This document shows, piece after piece, positions 46,493 to 55,176 of a stretch of DNA of 64,000 nt (the stretch's first letter is position 1; the number at the start of each line of letters is the position of its first letter). Made by a program: the position numbers and the translations under genes. The DNA is taken from the IMG/VR virus record IMGVR_UViG_3300015245_000036; one strand, written 5' to 3'. Origin of the DNA: an uncultured virus (IMG/VR IMGVR_UViG_3300015245_000036) (lineage: Duplodnaviria > Heunggongvirae > Uroviricota > Caudoviricetes). Below the pieces are notes generated by a model, which had not been told where the DNA came from, did not search any database, and was given only the letters and a program-made list of their open reading frames with translations.

Positions 46493-47683
46493 TCAAGCCG
46501 CGACGGTCTCGGGCTTCGCAACCTTCGGTTCCATGATGATCCCGGCGGCGCGCTCCAGCTCCAGTCGCCGCTCGGGCGCCGCGGACTGGGCCAGCCACGC
46601 CACGGCCTGCGACATGCGGGCGACGCTCGTCCCACGTGGCAGGACCGTGATGTCGCCGTTGTTAAAGGTCTCGCGGGTCGAGTCGATCTCCGCGCGGGTC
46701 AGCTTGAGCTTCTCCAGCTCGCCGCCCTTGTCGAAGAATTTCTTCGGGTCGACCGAGGTCTCCATCGCGGTCTCGAGCGTGGCGACCGCCTCGTCGATCT
46801 TCGGGGGCGACAGGATTCCGCGGACGTGGTCGCGCACCATCAGCGCCATCGCGTTGGTGTCCGCGGCGTACGTCTCCTGGGCGTACTCGATGTTCTCGGC
46901 GAGGCGCTTCCCCAGGTGAACTTTGCGCAGGCTGTCCTCGCGGGTGGCGGTGTTGCTGCACCAGATCCGCCACAGGAAGAATTGCAGGCTGAGGGCGCCG
47001 CAGCCGAAGTCGCTGTTGCTGAGGGACACGCCGAAGGCGAAGATCTCCTCGTTGCCCTGCTGCTTGCCAATCACGTAGGTCTTGGGGATCAGCGCCTTGA
47101 CGCTGAAGCGAAGCTCGCCGCCGATACCCTCGATGGGCACTGCGCCGATGTCGTGGCACGTTCTGGCGAACGCGTCGAGGATCGGGCCGCTGTCCATGCG
47201 CCGGTACGTGTCCGACAGGACGCCGCGGATCTCCTCGTCGCTGGACCGGACCAGGAACTTCTCCTCGCCCCGGTGCTTGTACACGGTGTTGAGGGCGTCC
47301 GTGATCAGCTCGCCCCCGTACTCCTCACCGAGGAACCGGTTGACGAACGTGACAGGGATGTCCACGCGGGACGCAGCCTGCTCGAGAGCGTGCTTGTGCA
47401 GCGGCTCGGAGAACGCGCTCTCGCCGCGACCCTTCGTGCCCATGATCACGCGGTGAACCTTGCGGTCGCCGTCGGTCTCGGTCTTCGTCTTCGCCTTGAC
47501 CACGTCGGTGCGGAACGAGAACTGAACCTTCTTGGTCGGGACGACCCGATCGATCAGCTGCGTGTCGCGGACTCGCGTGATGACGTCGACGGCGGACGCC
47601 GACTTGAGGGCGATCTGCTGCTGAAGATGCGCCTCGGCGTCCTTGAGGGCGACGCCGTACGCGCGCTTGTCGTGGTGATACAT
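46493..47683 (-). CDS. DUF932/DUF945-like phage protein
   Basis: IRGVLSDTYRRMD, GVSLSNSDFGCGAL, RIWCSN, RKVHLG, ELERAAG. Confidence 0.75.
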   Translation of the reverse strand: MYHHDKRAYGVALKDAEAHLQQQIALKSASAVDVITRVRDTQLIDRVVPTKKVQFSFRTDVVKAKTKTETDGDRKVHRVIMGTKGRGESAFSEPLHKHALEQAASRVDIPVTFVNRFLGEEYGGELITDALNTVYKHRGEEKFLVRSSDEEIRGVLSDTYRRMDSGPILDAFARTCHDIGAVPIEGIGGELRFSVKALIPKTYVIGKQQGNEEIFAFGVSLSNSDFGCGALSLQFFLWRIWCSNTATREDSLRKVHLGKRLAENIEYAQETYAADTNAMALMVRDHVRGILSPPKIDEAVATLETAMETSVDPKKFFDKGGELEKLKLTRAEIDSTRETFNNGDITVLPRGTSVARMSQAVAWLAQSAAPERRLELERAAGIIMEPKVAKPETVAA

Positions 47684-47691
47684 GATTGCTC

Positions 47692-49086
47692 CTAGTTGTC
47701 GCTGAAGATCTCGGGCTCGGGATGAAGGCTTCGGTGCGCGGGATCGCACACGATGATCTCCCCCAGGCCGTCGAAGTTCGACGCGTGCTGCGGGGTTACC
47801 AGCCAGATGACAGGGATGTGGATGGGCGGTCGGTTCTCCTCGGATACGGGCGGCGCATACCCGTCGGTGTGGACGATGATGATGTCGGGCTCGGTGGACT
47901 CGTTGCCGTAGTACTGCAGCAAGTGCTCGAATGGCGCGTCGAAGTCTGTGCCGCCTCGCCCCACGATGTTGGTCGGGATCTTGTCCCCGGGGCGCAGCAG
48001 AAGATCGCGCTGTACGGCTGCGTCGAAGTCGATCGAGCGGACCTCCATGGCCTCGTCCACCATGAGCATGTGGTGCAGCTCGTTGATCGCGATCCGGGCC
48101 TCTTCCGACGGCACCGATCCCGAGGTGTCGCGCGCGAACACGACCTTCCAGCTGCGGTCCTTCGTGCGGCCCGGGGACGCGATGATCGCGTCGTCCTGCT
48201 CCGACAACGCCATGAGGGCCCGGTTGGGCACCGAGACCGACCTGCGCGCCTTGGCGAGCTTCGTCGCCTTGGCTCTCGACGCGAACACCTCCCACCACGG
48301 GACGACGGGCTCGGCGAGGTAGCTGATCAGGAACTCCTCGACGGACCCCGGCAGCAGGCCGCGCCCCCTGCCTCCGTCCGCCGCCAGCGCCTGGCGGAGC
48401 AGCGGCTTGATCTGATCTCGCAGGTGATGTGCTAGGCCGACCCTGGACTCGGAGAGTCGACCCTTACCGGCGCCGTCCCTGTTGCCCTTTCCGTCTTTGG
48501 CGTCCCCCTCCTCGTCTTCCGACGGGTCGCCGTCCCACAAGCTGTGGTTGCTGAGCGGAATCTTGATGATGTCGACCATCTTCATGAGCCGCTCGACGTA
48601 GTCCTCGAAGGCCAGGTCGTTGGGCATGTCGAAGTGCTCGGGCATGTGGAGGCCCTCCTTGGCGTCCATGACCTGCCCGGGCTCGAGGTGGTCGAGAATC
48701 CACTTCCGCTGGAACGCAACCGCGTACCCCCGGTTGGGGTTGTTCCGCAGGAGCGAGTTCACGGCGAGGTCCGCGGCGATGCCCATGACGAAATCCGCCT
48801 TGTCCCGGTCGTCGTCCGAGTACCGGGACAGCAGCTCGATGTACCGGGGCACGTGGTCCAGCGCCAGGTGCAGCAGCTCATGTTCGATCATGTACATCGC
48901 GGCGGCCATGTCGATCGCCTCGACGTACTCGGGGTCATAGAACAGCGTGAGTCGGCCGCCGCGAACCCCGACCGCGAGCGCGCCGAGACCCGGCCGAGGC
49001 ACGCGGCTCAACGAGGAGGCAAGGCGTCCGTAGAACCCCCGCTTCTTCAGCAGGTGAACGACGAACTCCGATATGTTCAGCTTCAT
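47692..49086 (-). CDS. DUF2201-type metallopeptidase plus vWA domain protein
   Basis: HELLH, AADLAVN, DTSGS, GRGGTDF, TDGY. Confidence 0.88.
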   Translation of the reverse strand: MKLNISEFVVHLLKKRGFYGRLASSLSRVPRPGLGALAVGVRGGRLTLFYDPEYVEAIDMAAAMYMIEHELLHLALDHVPRYIELLSRYSDDDRDKADFVMGIAADLAVNSLLRNNPNRGYAVAFQRKWILDHLEPGQVMDAKEGLHMPEHFDMPNDLAFEDYVERLMKMVDIIKIPLSNHSLWDGDPSEDEEGDAKDGKGNRDGAGKGRLSESRVGLAHHLRDQIKPLLRQALAADGGRGRGLLPGSVEEFLISYLAEPVVPWWEVFASRAKATKLAKARRSVSVPNRALMALSEQDDAIIASPGRTKDRSWKVVFARDTSGSVPSEEARIAINELHHMLMVDEAMEVRSIDFDAAVQRDLLLRPGDKIPTNIVGRGGTDFDAPFEHLLQYYGNESTEPDIIIVHTDGYAPPVSEENRPPIHIPVIWLVTPQHASNFDGLGEIIVCDPAHRSLHPEPEIFSDN

Positions 49087-49107
49087 GGTGTCCTATACTT
49101 GTGGGTG

Positions 49108-50106
49108 ATGGTGATCGACCAATTTCACGATCCAGTCCTGGGAACGCTCGCGAAGATTGCTGCCGAGCGGCCAAAGCTGGCCGCGGCTGTGATGCGTTTC
49201 GACGTCGACGTGTCAGAGCTGGATACCTTGCCGGACGACGCCTTCGCGTGGCCGGAGAAGCGAGCCTACCCCGTGCACTCGCGTGAGCACGCGACGCTCT
49301 CGCAGGCCTATCGGGTGGGGATGGGCGGACGCGTGCCGGCGCACGTGGACGCGACCATCAAGGAAGCGCTCCAGGTCTACGGCGTCGACGAGGCCACCTT
49401 CGCTCGCACCAAGGTGGCCTCGTCGACGCCGACGGACGACGCCTCCGACTACCTCCTGCCTGACATCAAGCGCCTCCGCGTGACCGAGGCCGGTCATGTC
49501 AAGACGGCCGCGGATCGCCTGGTCGAGGAGGGCGGTCGACTCTCGCCGGGGCATCGAGTGCTCGCCGGGGCCCGTCTCGTGGAGAAGGCCGCGTTCTTCG
49601 GCGTACGCGTCAGCGACGAGGTGCGGAAGATGGCTGGCCTGGTGGCGACGTCCACGCCGGTCCTCGCCGACTGGCTCGAGGCGCGCAGCCAAGCGGCTTC
49701 CGGGCCCTTCCGCGAGGGCTACGTCAAGCTCGCCGCGGAGGTCCGCCGGTTGCCTCACGAGCTTCGCGACCGCGCGGTCCAGGCCCGACTAGCCTCCGCG
49801 ATCGAGGAGTTGGACGGGCTCGCTGGGCTCGACCGCCTATGGGGTCGCCGGCTGCCGGACCCCCACGCGTCGGTGTTCAACACGACCAAGGTCGCGGGCC
49901 CCGGCGTGACGCTCGCGGGCCGGTTCATCCCGATGGAACACATGGCCGCCTACCCCACCAGCTTCTACTCGGACGCGCTGGGCCCGGACATCGTCCGGGA
50001 GGCAACCGACCGCAGCGGCCAGCTCGATGTCGAGAGGCTGGCCGCGGTACTCGGAACGCTACCCGTTGACATGCAGCGGGTACTTGTGTCCTGCATGGGA
50101 GCATGA
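49108..50106 (+). CDS. Hypothetical protein with repeated K-x-A motifs (possible head component)
   Basis: LPDDAFAWPEKRAYPVH; KIAA, KLAA, KVAS, KTAA, KMAG, KVAG. Confidence 0.6.
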   Translation: MVIDQFHDPVLGTLAKIAAERPKLAAAVMRFDVDVSELDTLPDDAFAWPEKRAYPVHSREHATLSQAYRVGMGGRVPAHVDATIKEALQVYGVDEATFARTKVASSTPTDDASDYLLPDIKRLRVTEAGHVKTAADRLVEEGGRLSPGHRVLAGARLVEKAAFFGVRVSDEVRKMAGLVATSTPVLADWLEARSQAASGPFREGYVKLAAEVRRLPHELRDRAVQARLASAIEELDGLAGLDRLWGRRLPDPHASVFNTTKVAGPGVTLAGRFIPMEHMAAYPTSFYSDALGPDIVREATDRSGQLDVERLAAVLGTLPVDMQRVLVSCMGA

Positions 50107-50753
50107 CGCCTGCCAAGGACCTGCTGTCGAGCAGGGCCACCTCCGCGGTTGCCTTGTGCCGGGCGGCCGAGATCGTGCTCGGCGACCACGTCACGTGGGA
50201 ACCCGAGTCGATATGGGTCGAGCTGGAGCACCAGGACGTGGTAGTTCCCGCGGGGACTCGGGATCAGCTGATGGCCGCGATAGCGCTGCGTCTGGTCCCC
50301 GCCTTCTACTGGGACGCAGTAGTGCTGGCCAACACAGCAGTGGCGTTCGACGGCCGGGTCGTTCACGTCGAGATCCTCGAGGAGGCCACACCGGCGACCT
50401 TGGCGTGGGCCATGGTCGAGGCAGCCTGGATTCGACGGCGTCACGACCTCGAGGCGCTACGGCCCGAGCACGAGCCGATCGCGTACGTCGCGGTCATCCT
50501 CGACCGCGCGGGCTTCGTGCTCGCGCCGGAGCAGCTGGCATTCGCGCAGGACGCGCTCGACGACCGACGGTCCAAGTCCGGACTGCTCGAGGACGTCCGG
50601 CAGCGCTGGTCCGGGATCGACAAGAGCAAGCTCACCGACCTCGCTTTGCAGGAGACCCCGGTCGATGTCCAGATCGCGCGCCTAGCCGCCGTTGAGCTTC
50701 ACGTGCGGACACGCCTGGCCGCGGCGGAGGCGGAGCTTGCCCGGCTTACCTGA
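50103..50753 (+). CDS. Hypothetical protein
   Basis: ATGA-coupled. Confidence 0.6.
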   Translation: MTPAKDLLSSRATSAVALCRAAEIVLGDHVTWEPESIWVELEHQDVVVPAGTRDQLMAAIALRLVPAFYWDAVVLANTAVAFDGRVVHVEILEEATPATLAWAMVEAAWIRRRHDLEALRPEHEPIAYVAVILDRAGFVLAPEQLAFAQDALDDRRSKSGLLEDVRQRWSGIDKSKLTDLALQETPVDVQIARLAAVELHVRTRLAAAEAELARLT

Positions 50754-52014
50754 CGCCCGCCTCCTTGGCCTCCTTCTCTGCCTTGGCGCTCGCCTGCGTG
50801 TACGCCCGGATCATCTTGGCGAAGTTCGGGTTCCCGACCAGGGCCCCGTTGATACCCTGGCGCCACCAGGTCTCCGCAGCACCGCCACTGCGCTCAGCGT
50901 TGTCGACGCCGGCGTTCATGAACGACATCACGATGTCTGCCGGGATATCACCGAGGAACAGCGCGAGGCTATCGACGAACTCGCCGGGCACCCGACGCTC
51001 CTCGGGCAGGTTCACCACGCGAACCGCCAGGCCTGCGACGAGGTCCGTGATCCGGTCCAGCCGCTCGTCCTTGATGAGCTTCTGCACGCGCGACCGCACC
51101 TGGCTGTAACGGTACAGGACGTCGTCCGGCGCCACCGTGGTCGTCCGGTCCTTGACGTACTCCAGGAACGTCTGCGTTGTCGCGGTGCCGATGATCCCCG
51201 CGTACGCCGCGCGTGCCACGGCTCCCGTGAGCGACTCATTGGCCGCCGCCAACGCGAAGCACACGCGGGACACCGCTTCCCACGTGGCAGGACACGCGAA
51301 GACCTTGCCAGCCTTGGCAGCGGTCTCATCGTAGAAGTGGCTGACGTGGGCCCGCAGATACCCGAGAACCTCGTCGTGAAACTCGCTGCGCTCGGCGTAC
51401 GCCATGAAGTCCGCGTAGTCCGCCGCGAGGTACACCATCATGGTGCGCCGGCGCATCGCGGGGTCCTTCTCGTACTCGTTGACCGAGAAACCCTGCCCAG
51501 AGGGGTTCATCGTCGCAATGATCTGGATACCGTCCGGGATCTTCGTGTCGCCGATCATCCGGTCCCCGATGAGCACGAAGGCGGAGCGCGTGGTGCTCTT
51601 GTCCGGCGCGCGGTTCAGCTCCTCGATCACCAGCACAGCCTTGCGGTGCGCGGGGATTCTGCGATTGGGGTGGTTGGGCGCCTCATCCTCCACGTAACGA
51701 AGAAGGTCCTCGAACGTTCGCGGGATCTTTTGGTCGAAGAACGGCGAGCCGTCCTTGGGCAGGGTGGGCAACTGGAAGCTCTCGGGCGCCGCCGTCGGCA
51801 TGTGGATCTGCGCGTACGGGACGAGACGGCGCTCGGCGATCTGCTTCGGGATGGCGGTCTTGCCGATCCCCGACTGACCCATCACGGTCAGGACCAGGTT
51901 CTGGTCGGCGATCACACCGATCATGCGCTCCAGCACGCGCGGCGTGACGGTGTCGATTCCGAGCTGCGTGGCCGCGGTTTCTTCGACGTGGTAGCTTGCT
52001 TGAGGCTTGGACAT
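50746..52014 (-). CDS. MoxR-like AAA+ ATPase
   Basis: GQSGIGKT, IEELNRA, ATMNP, DPAMRRR. Confidence 0.85.
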   Translation of the reverse strand: MSKPQASYHVEETAATQLGIDTVTPRVLERMIGVIADQNLVLTVMGQSGIGKTAIPKQIAERRLVPYAQIHMPTAAPESFQLPTLPKDGSPFFDQKIPRTFEDLLRYVEDEAPNHPNRRIPAHRKAVLVIEELNRAPDKSTTRSAFVLIGDRMIGDTKIPDGIQIIATMNPSGQGFSVNEYEKDPAMRRRTMMVYLAADYADFMAYAERSEFHDEVLGYLRAHVSHFYDETAAKAGKVFACPATWEAVSRVCFALAAANESLTGAVARAAYAGIIGTATTQTFLEYVKDRTTTVAPDDVLYRYSQVRSRVQKLIKDERLDRITDLVAGLAVRVVNLPEERRVPGEFVDSLALFLGDIPADIVMSFMNAGVDNAERSGGAAETWWRQGINGALVGNPNFAKMIRAYTQASAKAEKEAKEAGVR

Positions 52015-52064
52015 GTAGACTCTCCTGTTGTGTGTTGTTTCGGTTCGACGGTCGGCGGTGCCGC

Positions 52065-53687
52065 GTGACTGCGGTCGCCGGGGAAGTGATCAGCGGATAC
52101 AGGTCGGACATCGCGCAGGCGCTGTTCCATGTCGAGGGCAGTCCGTTCAGCCTCGAGGACTACCCGACGCACCTGGCGATATACGACGGCGACTACGCGA
52201 AGCTCCTGCTCAAGATGGCGAGGCAGACCGCCAAGAGCACGGCCATCGCGTGCTTCATGATCGCGGAGTGCGTCGGCACTCCGCACTTCAAGTGCTACTA
52301 CATCAGCCCGAGCAAGGAGCAGACCTGCAAATTCTCGAACTCGAGAATCGGGAAGATCCTGTCCTACAGCCCGGACCTGAAGCGCACGTTCGTGGGCCCG
52401 GAGTCCGTTGACAACGTCCTTCATCGGATGCTGCGCAACGGCTCGGAGATGGCATTCAGCTACGCCTGGGACGACCCGGATCGGACGCGCGGAATCTCGG
52501 CCGATCGCACCGCGTTCGACGAGGTCCAAGACATCCTCTACGACGAGGTCATCCCCGTTATCGAAGAGTCGATGGGCAACTCGAAGTTCGGCCCGTTCTC
52601 GATATACGCGGGCACGCCCAAGACGAGCGAGAACACCATCGAGCTGCTGTGGCAGTGGTCGTCGCAGACCGAGTGGTGCATGCGGTGCACGGGCTGCGCG
52701 AAGTTCACGTACATCGATAGTACCAAGGCGCTCGGCAAGCACGGCCCAATCTGTCTCTCGTGCGGCAAGAATCTCAACCCGAGGGATGGGCGCTGGGTAG
52801 ATCTCTGCTCGGGGAAGACGATCAAGGGCTTCCACGTCAGCCAGCCGATGATGCCGCGGAACGTGCCAGCGGCCTGGCCGACGTCGAGCCCGATGCACGC
52901 CAAGGCGGTCAAGCACTGGGACGAGATGCTCGGGAAGATGGAGCCGTACGGCGAGACCAAGTTCCTCAACGAGTGCATCGCCGTCAGCACCTCAACGGGC
53001 GTGAAGCTCCTGACCAAGGAGATCCTCGAGGGCCTGTGCGACGAGCGGCGCACCATGACGCGCCTTCCGATGCCGCGGGCCAAGGACGGGATCGTCAGGG
53101 TCGCCGCCGGCGTGGACTGGTCGGGCGGCGGTGGCGAGGTGAAGGGCAGCGAAGGCTTGTTCAAGTCGCGAACCGTGTTTCACATCTGGGGTCAGACCGA
53201 GGACGGCCGGCTCAGGACGTTGTTTTACAAGATATTCCCCAACGCCCACGCGACGGGCTGGGTCGACGAGATCGTCGAGCTGTGCAATGCGTGGGGCGTC
53301 CAGATGATCGTCGGCGACGAGGGCGAGGGCGCTCTCGCGAACTCGATCCTGCGGCAGAAGCTCGGCGAACATCGAGTCATACAGATTCGATACATGCACC
53401 TCAGCAAGCCCGTCGACTGGCGTCCCGACAAGCAGACCTACCACGTTGACCGCACGACCATGATCGACAACTTCGCCCGCTTCCTGATGCTGAAGCAGGC
53501 GATCTACGTCTCGAAGACCCAGATGAAGCCGGCGATCGACGACATCCTGAGTGTGTACGAGAACGTCACACGCACGGGTCACAAGGTCTGGCAGCACCCG
53601 CCCAACGTGCCCGACGACTCGCTGCACGCTCAGCTGTTCGGCTGGTTCGGGTGGCGCCTGCTGTGCAAGGACCTGACGTTCTACTGA
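52065..53687 (+). CDS. terL: Terminase large subunit (GpA-like)
   Basis: ARQTAKST, RGISAD, DEVQD, GTPKT, CTGC/CLSC Zn ribbon, GVDWSGGG, DDSLHA; start uncertain. Confidence 0.85.
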   Translation: MTAVAGEVISGYRSDIAQALFHVEGSPFSLEDYPTHLAIYDGDYAKLLLKMARQTAKSTAIACFMIAECVGTPHFKCYYISPSKEQTCKFSNSRIGKILSYSPDLKRTFVGPESVDNVLHRMLRNGSEMAFSYAWDDPDRTRGISADRTAFDEVQDILYDEVIPVIEESMGNSKFGPFSIYAGTPKTSENTIELLWQWSSQTEWCMRCTGCAKFTYIDSTKALGKHGPICLSCGKNLNPRDGRWVDLCSGKTIKGFHVSQPMMPRNVPAAWPTSSPMHAKAVKHWDEMLGKMEPYGETKFLNECIAVSTSTGVKLLTKEILEGLCDERRTMTRLPMPRAKDGIVRVAAGVDWSGGGGEVKGSEGLFKSRTVFHIWGQTEDGRLRTLFYKIFPNAHATGWVDEIVELCNAWGVQMIVGDEGEGALANSILRQKLGEHRVIQIRYMHLSKPVDWRPDKQTYHVDRTTMIDNFARFLMLKQAIYVSKTQMKPAIDDILSVYENVTRTGHKVWQHPPNVPDDSLHAQLFGWFGWRLLCKDLTFY

Positions 53688-53869
53688 GGTTGCTCACAAC
53701 ACATATGCCGAGTCGCACATGTGTTGCAGATGTCCTCTGTTGCCCACGCGTGCATCGTACGGCCAGTCGTCACGGTACAGTACTGACACTTCGTGTCGTA
53801 TCTTCGACGAGGAAATACGTACCAGCGAAACCGCCAGTACAACATCCTCCACCACGAGAACGGATTCAT
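53681..53869 (-). CDS. Small Cys-rich protein
   Basis: CQYC...CNTC...CC. Confidence 0.5.
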   Translation of the reverse strand: MNPFSWWRMLYWRFRWYVFPRRRYDTKCQYCTVTTGRTMHAWATEDICNTCATRHMCCEQPQ

Positions 53870-53878
53870 ATCTTCCTT

Positions 53879-54469
53879 TCAGGAACGTGACGCGGCGTAC
53901 GCGTCGATGGCAGGTTCCAGGATGTCCTGCATCGCCAGGTAGACCGCCCGACAGGTCCTCGCGTCGGGAAGCGCCCGGTGCCCGTCGTTGTGCTCGACGC
54001 CGAAGTAGCGCGCCAGGGTCTCGAGCTTAACGTTGTCGACCAGGCCCCTGCGTAGAAACGGCTGCGCGATCGAAACCGTGCAGAGCGTGTGGTATCGACC
54101 CGTCCATCGTTGTTGGCAGGCCGCTAGCGCCGCCTCCACGAACGCCTTGTCGAACGGCGCGTTGTGGCAGCACATGACCGCCTGACGGGCCATCCCGAGC
54201 ATCTTGACCATCGCGGTCGCCAACGGCACGCCCTCGGCGGCCCACTTCTCGGCATTGTAGCCGTTGATCCGAGCCGCGTCGGGCTCCACAGGCCGCGTGG
54301 GGATGACGAGCGCCTCCCACTCCTCGATCACCTCGCGGCCCGACGGATCCGTCAGCACGCAGCCGATCTCGATGATGTCCGTCCTGGCCGCCGAGAGCCC
54401 GCCGGTCTCGGTGTCCAGGAACAGAATGTTGGCGTCCTTCACGTGGGGAAGCGATGGTCGAGTGAACAT
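53879..54469 (-). CDS. DEDDh 3'-5' exonuclease (DnaQ-like)
   Basis: FLDTETGG, HNAPFD, HRALPDA. Confidence 0.9.
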   Translation of the reverse strand: MFTRPSLPHVKDANILFLDTETGGLSAARTDIIEIGCVLTDPSGREVIEEWEALVIPTRPVEPDAARINGYNAEKWAAEGVPLATAMVKMLGMARQAVMCCHNAPFDKAFVEAALAACQQRWTGRYHTLCTVSIAQPFLRRGLVDNVKLETLARYFGVEHNDGHRALPDARTCRAVYLAMQDILEPAIDAYAASRS

Positions 54470-54487
54470 GGATGCTCCTTCGACTAT

Positions 54488-54504
54488 CGCTTATACCGTA
54501 AGCA
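54488..54504. promoter_or_regulatory. Putative promoter/operator palindrome
   Basis: CGCTTA-TACCG-TAAGCA upstream of the exonuclease RBS. Confidence 0.5.
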
Positions 54505-54519
54505 ATGGGTCCAGTTCGA

Positions 54520-55176
54520 CTACGACGACGGGCTTTCGTCGTCGGTCGACTTCCCGGCGTAGATGTCTACCGCGTCGGGCTCCACCGCGGGCTCGGCGAC
54601 GGGTTCGACACTGGGTGGCGCATCCACGATCGGCGCCTCGTGCGGCATAGCCTGCTCGACGTGAGCCGTCGACCGAGCGAACGAGTAGTCACCGGCCGCG
54701 ATCTTCGCGAAGTAGTCCTCGTACGCCGGGATGAGGGCCTGCGGCACGGGGGACCGGCCGAACGGCGTCTCCGTGGAGAGGTCCAGGTACGTCTCGATCA
54801 GCGCGATCGGCTGGAACGTCACCGAGTACTGGGCGACGAACGCGCCCGGCTGCCCGGGCTGGAATCCCATGCGAATAGCCGCGGGCGCCCACATCCGAAT
54901 GTCGAACGAGCCGACGCCCGACCCCTTGGTCTTCTCCACGCGCCCGATGATCGGGCCTATCGTGGTGTGGAACAGCATGATCGGGAGGGCCTGCGCCCGC
55001 ACGTGCCACGCAGCCTCCACGGGCTTGGTCTTCGCGGTCTTCGACGCCTTCTGTGTTTGCTTCTTCATTGCGGTCCTCTTGACTCGTTGCTTGCGTGACG
55101 CCTTTTGCGCGTCGGGGTTGTAGTCGGGATCGTGTTGATCCCCTCCGAAGTTATTCGGCATGCTGGCCTCTTTCAT
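54520..55176 (-). CDS. Hypothetical protein
   Basis: ATGA-coupled to the polymerase gene. Confidence 0.6.
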   Translation of the reverse strand: MKEASMPNNFGGDQHDPDYNPDAQKASRKQRVKRTAMKKQTQKASKTAKTKPVEAAWHVRAQALPIMLFHTTIGPIIGRVEKTKGSGVGSFDIRMWAPAAIRMGFQPGQPGAFVAQYSVTFQPIALIETYLDLSTETPFGRSPVPQALIPAYEDYFAKIAAGDYSFARSTAHVEQAMPHEAPIVDAPPSVEPVAEPAVEPDAVDIYAGKSTDDESPSS

